Of a stretch of DNA of 64,000 bases, positions 27,675 through 35,598 are shown piece by piece. Positions within the stretch are counted from its first letter, which is position 1; each line of letters starts with the position of its first letter. The notes beneath the pieces are model-generated. The model ran no database searches. It was not told where the DNA came from and saw only the letters and a program-made list of their open reading frames with translations. The position numbers were made by a program, and so were the translations under genes. The stretch is from Thermodesulfovibrionales bacterium (lineage in GTDB: Bacteria > Nitrospirota > Thermodesulfovibrionia > Thermodesulfovibrionales > SM23-35), in contig JASEEX010000004.1 in NCBI GenBank assembly GCA_030019415.1, positions 196 to 64,195 of the forward strand, given 5' to 3'.

Positions 27675-27940
27675 GGTTTTTTGCACTAATTGTTGTTCTC
27701 ATAACAGGTACCCTGCTTCTATATGCCACAGTAGACATGCCCGATTGGGGCGATCCCTACTCTCCTGCTAACACCCATGTATCACCCAGATATATAGAAA
27801 AGACGATTGAAGAGACGGCAACACCAAACATAGTCACCTCAGTACTTGCAGATTACAGGGGCTATGATACCCTGGGTGAGACTACGGTAATCTTCACAGC
27901 AGGAGTTGTATGCATACTTCTCTTAAGGAGGTTTAAGTGA
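27671..27940 (+). CDS. MbhE-like small membrane subunit
   Basis: NIVTSVLADYRGYDTLGETTVIF is typical of MnhB-related subunits. The TTG start overlaps the preceding stop (TTGA). Confidence 0.6.
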   Translation: MRFFALIVVLITGTLLLYATVDMPDWGDPYSPANTHVSPRYIEKTIEETATPNIVTSVLADYRGYDTLGETTVIFTAGVVCILLLRRFK

Positions 27941-28392
27941 CTATAGAATTTAAAGATGTAATCATACAGACCATTTGCAGACTTCTTACACCACCCATTC
28001 AGCTTTATGCCTTGTATGTAATTGCTCATGGACATTACAGCCCCGGCGGGGGTTTCCAGGGAGGTTGTATTCTTGGAGCAAGTTTTATCCTGATGGTTAT
28101 TGCCTATGATATAGGAGAGGTAAAAAGGCGGATGGCTGAAAAAATGAATACCATATTTTGCAGTCTCGGAGTGATTATATACTCGGGGATTGGTGCAATA
28201 TGCCTGATACTCGGCGCAAATTATCTGGATTATGGCATACTTCACAAAATTCTGCCTGTAAATCCTGTAAGGGCCAGAGCCCTGGGAACTCTGGGCATTG
28301 AGATCGGAGTAGGGATTGCGGTAATGGCTGTTATGATTTCTATCTTTCTTAATATCGCCTCAGGAGGCGAACACGAAGGAGCATTGGAATAA
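27937..28392 (+). CDS. mrpB: Mrp/Mnh subunit B (MbhF-like)
   Basis: The HGH.SPGGGFQGG motif; the GTG start overlaps the preceding stop (GTGA). Confidence 0.8.
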   Translation: MTIEFKDVIIQTICRLLTPPIQLYALYVIAHGHYSPGGGFQGGCILGASFILMVIAYDIGEVKRRMAEKMNTIFCSLGVIIYSGIGAICLILGANYLDYGILHKILPVNPVRARALGTLGIEIGVGIAVMAVMISIFLNIASGGEHEGALE

Positions 28393-28799
28393 TGGGGACT
28401 ATAGAATTCATTATCAGTAAATATAATTACTGGATTTATGTGCTACTTATGATGATAGGATTCTACGCCATGATAGCAAAGAGAAATCTGGTAAAGAAGA
28501 TTGTAGGAATGAATATATTTCAGACAGCTATAATACTTTTTTTTGTTTCTACCGGTTCTAAGAAGGGTGCCAGCATACCTATCATTCAGAATGGACATGG
28601 AGATGTTGTAAGTCATGCGGTGAATGCTGCCCAATATGTGAATCCCTTACCCCATGTACTCATGCTTACAGCCATTGTGGTTATGGTAAGCACTTTTGGA
28701 GTTGCCCTGGCATTGATAATCATGATTTATAGAAAATACGGAACCTTAGAGGAAGATGAAATTTTTGAAATGTCAGAAATTTTAAGGCTGAGAAAATGA
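28392..28799 (+). CDS. mrpC: Mrp/Mnh subunit C (NuoK-like)
   Basis: NLVKKIVGMNIFQTAIILFFV; 3 TM helices with an insert. Confidence 0.8.
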   Translation: MGTIEFIISKYNYWIYVLLMMIGFYAMIAKRNLVKKIVGMNIFQTAIILFFVSTGSKKGASIPIIQNGHGDVVSHAVNAAQYVNPLPHVLMLTAIVVMVSTFGVALALIIMIYRKYGTLEEDEIFEMSEILRLRK

Positions 28800-30292
28800 T
28801 AACTCATGCCCCGATTTTGATTATAGTTACCCCTTTGATAAGTGCTTTTTTTAACATCCTGATTGGATTGTGGCGAAGGTGGCTTTGCTATCCCTTTGTG
28901 ATTACAGTACTCAGTGCATGTGTATTTTCATCTATCGCTATTCTGGATACGGTTATAAACTATGGTACTATTCATTACAAGCTTGGTGGTTGGACTCCTC
29001 CTTGGGGGATAGAATATGTAATAGACCACCTCAATGCCTTTATGGCGGTTATTGTATCATTTATCAGCCTCATTGTGGCGGTCTATTCAAAGAGGAGCAT
29101 TGAACAGGAACTATCTGAGAAGATTGTTTATTTCTATACCATCTATCTTTTGCTTGTAACAGGGCTTTTAGGCATCATTGTAACAGGTGATGTATTTAAT
29201 CTCTATGTGTTCCTCGAGATTGCATCACTGGCAGGCTATGCCCTTATAGCTATAGGAGAGGATAGGGCACCACTCGCAAGTTTTGAATATGTGATAATAG
29301 GAACCGTTGGTGCCTGCTTTTATCTTCTAGGCGTTGGCTATCTCTATATAGTTACCGGCTCGCTTAATATGACTGACCTATCACAGCTATTACCCAATCT
29401 TTATCATTCTAAAGTGGTATTGGTTGCCTTTGCCTTCCTTATGGTAGGAGTAGCTGTAAAGATGGCTTTTTTTCCTTTACATGTATGGCTTCCGGATGCC
29501 TACACCTATGCCCCATCCACAGTAAGTGCATTGGTTGCCGCCACAATGACCAAGGTGGGAGCCTATGTCATGATAAGGATTATGTTCACGCTATTTAAAC
29601 CTTATTTTTCCATAGAGTTGCTACCAGTGACTACCGTACTCGGCTGGATAGCCGTAGTTGCTATGATGTTCGGTTGCATATTTGCCATGGCTCAATCTGA
29701 TCTTAAAAGGATGCTCTGTTACATCCTAATTGCAGAGGTTGGTTATATCGTACTGGGTGTAAGTTTTGCGAACCGTATGGGCCTTACTGGTGCTATTCTC
29801 CACATCCTTAATGACGCCTTTATGATGGCATGCCTGTTTTCAGTAGCAGGAGCCATCATGTATAAGATTGGAAAAAGAGATATCAAAGATTTCAGGCATC
29901 TGCACAGGAAGATGCCCTTTACCATGGCTGCCTTTACAATAGCTGCCCTCTCCGTAATAGGGATACCGCCTACCTGCGGCTTTTTCAGCAAATGGTATTT
30001 GATCTTAGGGGCAATCGATGCTCAACAATGGATATTTGCAGTTGCGCTTATGATAAGCAGTTTGTTAAGTGCTATAGTATTTTTCAGGGTTATAGAGAAT
30101 ACATACTTTGAGCCTCGTGTGCCTGTTCACGCTCACAATGGGGGAACTCATGAAGAAATCAAAATGGATGAGGCACCACTGAGCATGCTTATTCCCATAT
30201 TCATTATGGTTGCGGGAATACTCACATTGGGTATCTTTAGTGGAAAGATTATCTCTAATGTAATTCAGTTTGCAGTTCCAGCAAGCTTTTAG
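28796..30292 (+). CDS. mrpD: Mrp/Mnh subunit D, antiporter-like (NuoM/N, proton-conducting membrane transporter family), copy 1
   Basis: A 498-aa polytopic protein with FPLHVWLPDAYTYAPSTVSAL and LKRMLCYILIAEVGY motifs. Confidence 0.85.
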   Translation: MITHAPILIIVTPLISAFFNILIGLWRRWLCYPFVITVLSACVFSSIAILDTVINYGTIHYKLGGWTPPWGIEYVIDHLNAFMAVIVSFISLIVAVYSKRSIEQELSEKIVYFYTIYLLLVTGLLGIIVTGDVFNLYVFLEIASLAGYALIAIGEDRAPLASFEYVIIGTVGACFYLLGVGYLYIVTGSLNMTDLSQLLPNLYHSKVVLVAFAFLMVGVAVKMAFFPLHVWLPDAYTYAPSTVSALVAATMTKVGAYVMIRIMFTLFKPYFSIELLPVTTVLGWIAVVAMMFGCIFAMAQSDLKRMLCYILIAEVGYIVLGVSFANRMGLTGAILHILNDAFMMACLFSVAGAIMYKIGKRDIKDFRHLHRKMPFTMAAFTIAALSVIGIPPTCGFFSKWYLILGAIDAQQWIFAVALMISSLLSAIVFFRVIENTYFEPRVPVHAHNGGTHEEIKMDEAPLSMLIPIFIMVAGILTLGIFSGKIISNVIQFAVPASF

Positions 30293-30304
30293 TTTTACTT
30301 TTTG

Positions 30305-30435
30305 GTCATTCCCGCGCAAGCGGGAATCCAGCCCCGTGTTTAATACGGAGCGTTACTGCGAAAGCAGGGAACTATACAAAGAAAATTGATTCCTGCTGGA
30401 TTTTATCCCGTACCAAGATACGGGGCAGGAATGAC
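30305..30435. repeat. GTCATTCC...GGAATGAC palindromic element between two mrpD genes
   Basis: gtcattcc (30305-30312) pairs with ggaatgac (30428-30435). Inner pairs are gggaatccag/ctggatt and ccccgt/acgggg. Same family as 7008-7091. Confidence 0.6.
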
Positions 30436-30458
30436 AGATGGAGGAACATTAGGAAAAA

Positions 30459-31952
30459 GTGATGGAAGTTATAAGTTCCATAAGGCCTCTGTTAGCTGTC
30501 ATGGTCTCTCTGATTGCGGCCTGTCTTATTGTTCTTACCGGCGAGAGAGCAAGAAATCTCAGGGAATTATGGACAATTCTGGCCTCGGTGTCTAAATTCA
30601 TAATTGTCGCCTCTATGATTCCTTTTATCATTCAAGGTAAGACTCTTGAATACACTATCATCTCCCTTGCCCCCGGGCTTTTATTACAATTAAGAGTAGA
30701 TGCCTTTGGCCTTTTGTTTGGCGTTCTGGCATCTACTCTCTGGATCGCCACCTCACTGTATTCCATAGGCTATATGAGGGGTCTGAATGAGCACGCCCAG
30801 ACCAGATATTTCTTCTGTTTTGCCATAGCCCTTTCTGCAACTATGGGGATTGCCTTTGCTGGAAATCTCTTAACCCTTTTTGTTTTCTATGAAGTATTAA
30901 CCATAGCTACCTATCCCTTAGTAGCTCATAAAGAAACACCAGAGGCCATAAAGGCAGGCAGGAAATATCTTGCCTATACATTAACGGCAGGTGTAGTTAT
31001 CCTTTTAGCTTCAGCGATTACTTACAGATTGACCGGGACTCTTGATTTTAAACCTGGTGGATTTTTAGCAGGCCATGCATCAGCTGATATGCTCCGATTT
31101 CTTTTTGTAGCCTTAATTATTGGTTTTGGTGTAAAGGCAGCAATTATGCCCATACATGAATGGCTACCTACTGCCATGATTGCCCCTACACCTGTGAGTG
31201 CCCTTCTCCATGCCGTTGCTGTAGTGAAGGCGGGTGTATTTGGTGTCTTAAGGGTTATCCTCTATGTCTTTGGCCCAGGGCTTCTCCATGACTCAGGGCT
31301 CTGGCTGATATTGGCCTATTTTGTCTCCTTTACAATAATTGGGGCTGCCATGCTTGCATTAGCGCAGGATAACCTAAAGAGGAGGCTTGCCTTTTCTACC
31401 ATAAATAACTTGGCAATCATCATCCTCGGGGCGGCCCTGCTTTCTCCGAGTGCTATAAAAGGTGGGATGCTACATATGGCCAACCATGGCTTTATGAAAA
31501 TCACATTGTTTTTTGTTGCCGGGGCTATATATGTAAAGACTCATAAGGAAAACGTAAGTGAGCTGGATGGATTGGGCAGACAGATGCCTTTAACTATGGG
31601 TTCATTTGCCATAGGGGCTATGGGGGTAACCGGAATACCACCTCTCTGTGGATTTATAAGTAAATGGTATTTGTGCCTCGGTTCACTTGAGGCACACGAG
31701 ATTGTCTTTCTTTTCGTCTTTCTTACCAGTGCATTTCTGGATGCAGCTTTCTTCTTTCCCATAGTGTACAGAGCATTCTTTAAGAATCCAAAAGAAGATG
31801 TAAACCCACATTTCAATGAGGCATCTATGTTTATGGTAATCCCCCTCATGACCACTGCCGTTGCTTCTTTAGTACTGGGAATTTTTCCGAATGCCCTTGT
31901 GCATTTCTATGAGATAGTTACTTTAGCAGTGCAGAACATACTGGGAGGTTAA
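30459..31952 (+). CDS. mrpD: Mrp/Mnh subunit D, antiporter-like, copy 2
   Basis: A 497-aa polytopic protein with MPIHEWLPTAMIAPTPVSALLHA and LKRRLAFSTINN motifs. The start is GTG 30459 or ATG 30462. Confidence 0.85.
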   Translation: MMEVISSIRPLLAVMVSLIAACLIVLTGERARNLRELWTILASVSKFIIVASMIPFIIQGKTLEYTIISLAPGLLLQLRVDAFGLLFGVLASTLWIATSLYSIGYMRGLNEHAQTRYFFCFAIALSATMGIAFAGNLLTLFVFYEVLTIATYPLVAHKETPEAIKAGRKYLAYTLTAGVVILLASAITYRLTGTLDFKPGGFLAGHASADMLRFLFVALIIGFGVKAAIMPIHEWLPTAMIAPTPVSALLHAVAVVKAGVFGVLRVILYVFGPGLLHDSGLWLILAYFVSFTIIGAAMLALAQDNLKRRLAFSTINNLAIIILGAALLSPSAIKGGMLHMANHGFMKITLFFVAGAIYVKTHKENVSELDGLGRQMPLTMGSFAIGAMGVTGIPPLCGFISKWYLCLGSLEAHEIVFLFVFLTSAFLDAAFFFPIVYRAFFKNPKEDVNPHFNEASMFMVIPLMTTAVASLVLGIFPNALVHFYEIVTLAVQNILGG

Positions 31953-31988
31953 GGAAAAAACACGAGAAAAAAGATAGGAGGATAAACA

Positions 31989-32117
31989 ATGCATGAAGAA
32001 GGAGAAGAAATAATGGAACTCACACATGAGCCTGTACCAATATACAGGAAGATATTTTTTATAGCGGTTATAATTGGTGCTCTATATCTCGGGATTATCT
32101 TTTTGAATACGTTTTGA
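31989..32117 (+). CDS. Unlisted 42-aa single-TM ORF
   Basis: ATG at 31989 lies 8 nt after AGGAGG. It translates to MHEEGEEIMELTHEPVPIYRKIFFIAVIIGALYLGIIFLNTF*. It is below the ORF-track size cut-off. Confidence 0.4.
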   Translation: MHEEGEEIMELTHEPVPIYRKIFFIAVIIGALYLGIIFLNTF

Positions 32118-32148
32118 GCAATATAGCAAACGCATTAAATACTTTTAT

Positions 32149-32178
32149 TGTCATTGCGAGGCGCAGCCGAAGCAATCC
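32149..32178. repeat. TGTCATTGCGAG-type half element
   Basis: tgtcattgcgaggcgcagccgaagcaatcc has the same 5' 13 nt as 21952-21964. Confidence 0.5.
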
Positions 32179-32198
32179 CATATTGAGGAGATATAGAA

Positions 32199-32462
32199 AT
32201 GGTGAAAAAGGAAATTGAGACAAAAAAAGAGTATTTTTTTGATAAACCAAAAAATGTAAAAGGACTATTCAGGTTTTTTTACGCATTGCTTTTAGTCTTA
32301 CTGGTCATTGAGTTCTTTATCTATAAGCATACTTATTTCCCATGGGAAGAGTGGCCTGGATTTTATGCAGTATTCGGATTTTTAGCCTTTGTCGCCCTGA
32401 TTTTTGCAGCAAAATATATATTGCGTCCTATCGTAAAGAGGAAGGAGGATTACTATGATTAA
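32199..32462 (+). CDS. Small 2-TM membrane protein of the Mrp-type cluster
   Basis: An 87-aa protein with two hydrophobic helices. Its stop overlaps the next gene by 8 nt. Confidence 0.5.
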   Translation: MVKKEIETKKEYFFDKPKNVKGLFRFFYALLLVLLVIEFFIYKHTYFPWEEWPGFYAVFGFLAFVALIFAAKYILRPIVKRKEDYYD

Positions 32463-34293
32463 CCCTGTTCCTCCAGCAGCTATATTCATCATCGGGGCCT
32501 TGCTCATCCCGCTCTTAAAGGGAAGGCTAAAAAGTATATATCTATTACTGTTGCCCATTGTTGGCTTCATAAATCTGATCAATATCCCCGAAGGTATGCA
32601 CTGGGTTGTCAGATTCCTCGATTATGAGCTTGTTTTCGGAAAGGTTGACAGGCTAAGTCTCCTTTTTGGATATATCTACCATCTGATAGCTTTTATAATC
32701 ATTCTATATTCACTTCATCTCAAAGATAATGCCCAACATGTGGCTGGCTTCATTTATGCCGGAAGCTCCCTGGGGGTTGTTTTTGCAGGAGACCTTATTT
32801 CTCTTTATCTCTTCTGGGAGATGATGACCTTTAGCGCAGTAGTTTTAGTATGGTCAAACAAGACAGGGAAATCAATTGCTGCAGGATTCAGATACCTTCT
32901 GGTTCACGTCTTTGGAGGCCTTTGCCTTCTAGCGGGCATTGTCCTTTATGTGACTAACACAGGATCCATTGAATTTGGGTATATAGGATTAAAGGACTTG
33001 GCGACTTTTCTTATATTTATTGGATTTGGCGTAAATTGTGCCTGGCCAGGGCTGCATCCATGGCTTCCTGATGCCTATCCTGAGTCAACAATAACAGGTG
33101 CCGTATTCATGTGGACCTTTACGACAAAGACTGCTGTCTATGTCCTGGCAAGGGCATTTCCAGGTACCGAAGCCCTGATATGGATCGGGACAATAATGAC
33201 GGCATTTCCCATCTTTTTTGCAGTAATTGAAAACAACCTCAGAAGGGTTCTTTCCTACAGCCTGATCAACCAGGTAGGATACATGGTTTGTGGCATTGGT
33301 ATAGGGACAGAACTTTCCATCAATGGCACTGTGTCCCATGTCTTCTGCCATATCCTTTACAAGGGGCTACTTGTTATGTCCATGGGTGCTGTCATGTATC
33401 GGACAGGAAAGATAAATTGCACAGATCTGGGGGGACTCTATAAAAGTATGCCCTTAACATCCCTATTCTGCATAGTGGGTGCGGCATCCATCTCTGGCTT
33501 TCCACTATTTAGCGGTTTTGTCTGTAAATCAATGGTCTTGGAGGGGGCTGCATTAGGAGGTATGAGCATTATATGGTTTATCCTTATGTTCGCCTCAGTA
33601 GGTGTCCTGGAACACGCAGGCATCAAAGTGCCTTATTACGCCTTTTTCTCCCATGACTCTGGAATCCGAACAAGAGAGGCTCCTCTCAACATGCTCCTTG
33701 CCATGGGAATAGCTGCCTTTTTGTGTATCTTCATCGGTGTGTTTCCTGGCCCTCTGTATAGTCTTCTCCCATATCATGTGGATTTTGAACCATATACAAC
33801 CTTCCATGTGGTGGGCATGAGCCAGCTACTTTTCTTCGGTGCATTGGCCTACGTACTTTTTATACTCTCAGGGGTCTTCCCGGCGGAAATAAGGGCTATC
33901 AATCTTGATGCTGATTGGTTCTATAGAAAGGCAGGTACTGCCTTTTATCGGTTCTGCAATGTTCCTTTGAATAGCTTCAGGCTTAAAATGCAGGGTTTCC
34001 TATCTAAAGTAGTAGATTCTGTTGCAAAATTGGGTAGAGATCCACTCTTTATCCCTGAGTTAGCAATAAGATACGTCCATCTGAAGATCGCGCAGATATT
34101 AATCCCTGTAGCTAAACCTCAGGGTGCAAAGGAAAGACTTGCTGAATTAGAGTTCAAACTCAGGCGTATCCAAAAAATAAGTGAAAGTGGAAGAGAATAT
34201 GGTGCAGACATACCCAGAAGGCCTATAGGTCTGGGAGTTCTCTTAGCCTTTGTCTTAATATTTTTTTATCTTTTGATTTACATGCTGTTCTGA
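32455..34293 (+). CDS. Antiporter-like subunit, copy 3 (MrpA/NuoL-like, with C-terminal amphipathic segment and terminal TM helix)
   Basis: 612 aa with WPGLHPWLPDAYPESTITGAVFM and LRRVLSYSLINQVGY motifs. The last ~130 aa are charged or amphipathic and end in the TM helix LGVLLAFVLIFFYLLIYMLF. Confidence 0.8.
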   Translation: MINPVPPAAIFIIGALLIPLLKGRLKSIYLLLLPIVGFINLINIPEGMHWVVRFLDYELVFGKVDRLSLLFGYIYHLIAFIIILYSLHLKDNAQHVAGFIYAGSSLGVVFAGDLISLYLFWEMMTFSAVVLVWSNKTGKSIAAGFRYLLVHVFGGLCLLAGIVLYVTNTGSIEFGYIGLKDLATFLIFIGFGVNCAWPGLHPWLPDAYPESTITGAVFMWTFTTKTAVYVLARAFPGTEALIWIGTIMTAFPIFFAVIENNLRRVLSYSLINQVGYMVCGIGIGTELSINGTVSHVFCHILYKGLLVMSMGAVMYRTGKINCTDLGGLYKSMPLTSLFCIVGAASISGFPLFSGFVCKSMVLEGAALGGMSIIWFILMFASVGVLEHAGIKVPYYAFFSHDSGIRTREAPLNMLLAMGIAAFLCIFIGVFPGPLYSLLPYHVDFEPYTTFHVVGMSQLLFFGALAYVLFILSGVFPAEIRAINLDADWFYRKAGTAFYRFCNVPLNSFRLKMQGFLSKVVDSVAKLGRDPLFIPELAIRYVHLKIAQILIPVAKPQGAKERLAELEFKLRRIQKISESGREYGADIPRRPIGLGVLLAFVLIFFYLLIYMLF

Positions 34294-34349
34294 ATGCAGA
34301 TTATCCTTTCGTTTTCCAAAACTTTTGTTGTTGAGGAGGTAGAATTATC

Positions 34350-35231
34350 ATGAAACTACAATGTCCCATTCCAAAGATACTGCTTCCTGTAGATGGAAGC
34401 GAACATTCCAAGCGGGCTGTGCAGTTTGCCGGATGTCTGGGGGTATCCTTGGGTAAGAGTCTCTCAGGCCTCACCCTGCTTCATGTTATGGCAAAGGTCA
34501 AAGGTAAACATATTGAAGAGAAAATCAGGCCTTTTTTAGATGAAGCAGAAAAGACCCTAATAGATTTGGGAATCGGGGTCGAGATTGAAAAACCTATAGT
34601 ATATGGGGACCCGGCTCGGGAAATTGTCCGCATAGCTGATGAAGGAAAGTTTTCAACTATTATAATGGCCAGAAGGGGGCTATCGGAAATAAAGGGTTTT
34701 CTCCTGGGTAGTATTACCAGCAAGGTTGTCCATTCAGCAAGCAGGCAAATTGTGTATATAGTAGGCCATAGGATTCTGAAAGATAAGGCATGTCCTGTTC
34801 CTAAAATCCTTATCCCTGTTGATGGCTCAATCTATTCCATGAGAGGTGTAGAAGATGCTGCCTGTTTAGCAGCGGGTTTAAAAACCTCTGTGAGCAAGAT
34901 AACCCTCTTTAGGGTTATCAATCTGTCAGTGTATTTGAAAAGGGTTAAAGAAGGAATAGAACCTGAGGAGGAGGCAAAGAGAATACTGGATGAAGCCAAG
35001 GAAGTGTTCCGTCAGTCAGGCATTCCTGAAGAACTTATTACTACTAAAGTGAGTGTCGGAAGAAAACCTGCAGAGGAGATTCTCAAAGAGGCCGAAGAAG
35101 GATATTATAACCTCATCATTATGGGTCGTAAGGGACGATCTGCCATCAAAGATCTCATACTGGGAGGGGTAAGTACAACTGTTCTTCAGCACTGCCAGAA
35201 CCCAACCGTTGCTATTGTGAGCAGCGAGTAA
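34350..35231 (+). CDS. Tandem universal stress protein (2 x UspA domain)
   Basis: Two repeats of ILLPVDGS..S..A...A ... GSI/VS..V..H....V..V. Confidence 0.85.
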   Translation: MKLQCPIPKILLPVDGSEHSKRAVQFAGCLGVSLGKSLSGLTLLHVMAKVKGKHIEEKIRPFLDEAEKTLIDLGIGVEIEKPIVYGDPAREIVRIADEGKFSTIIMARRGLSEIKGFLLGSITSKVVHSASRQIVYIVGHRILKDKACPVPKILIPVDGSIYSMRGVEDAACLAAGLKTSVSKITLFRVINLSVYLKRVKEGIEPEEEAKRILDEAKEVFRQSGIPEELITTKVSVGRKPAEEILKEAEEGYYNLIIMGRKGRSAIKDLILGGVSTTVLQHCQNPTVAIVSSE

Positions 35232-35324
35232 CCTCCTTCTAAGCCAAACTTAACAAATAACCAACACCCATTTCACAGGAATAACTCTTTAAAATTCATC
35301 AATTAGAAATTTTTCATTTTTTCC

Positions 35325-35353
35325 TTGACATCCACAATATATTGTGGTTTAAT
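35325..35353 (+). promoter_or_regulatory. Putative nrd promoter with an NrdR-box-like palindrome in the spacer
   Basis: TTGACA (35325-35330), a 17-nt spacer, then TTTAAT (35348-35353). The spacer holds ccACAATATATTGTgg (35332-35347), a perfect 16-bp palindrome resembling the NrdR box. Confidence 0.55.
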
Positions 35354-35395
35354 TACCTAAAAGTTATTTAAAAATACAATTCTTGGGAGGATCGA

Positions 35396-35581
35396 ATGGA
35401 AATCTGTAAGGGTCTCGAGGATTGGCTGGCTTGTGCAAGGTGTCCTTACTTATGCACAGGGGATTGCCCTTTAGAGGGTGATAACGTTATAGAAGAACTT
35501 AGACAAAAGATTCGTCTTCTTAAATCTACTGTGAACAGTTTTAAAGGGGCTGAAAGTAGTCGTCCTTTTGACAAACGATAA
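35396..35581 (+). CDS. Small Cys-rich protein (61 aa), first gene after the nrd promoter
   Basis: GGGAGG lies 6 nt upstream of the ATG. The Cys pattern is C4, C13-x2-C16-x3-C20-x3-C24, followed by a helical tail. No family recognised. Confidence 0.45.
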   Translation: MEICKGLEDWLACARCPYLCTGDCPLEGDNVIEELRQKIRLLKSTVNSFKGAESSRPFDKR

Positions 35582-35598
35582 AATAGCAGGGAGGTCTT

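Noticed and set aside
26320-34293. Membrane-bound hydrogenase (Mbh/Mbx) or formate hydrogenlyase interpretation of the Mrp-type cluster
   Set aside because: No NiFe large or small subunit, NuoB/C/D/I-like or MbhJKLMN-like genes lie within or next to the block. Only membrane subunits are present.
35232-35598. Possible cobalamin riboswitch upstream of the B12-dependent nrdJ
   Set aside because: I could not find a B12-box-like sequence. The interval contains a promoter, an NrdR-like box and a small ORF instead.
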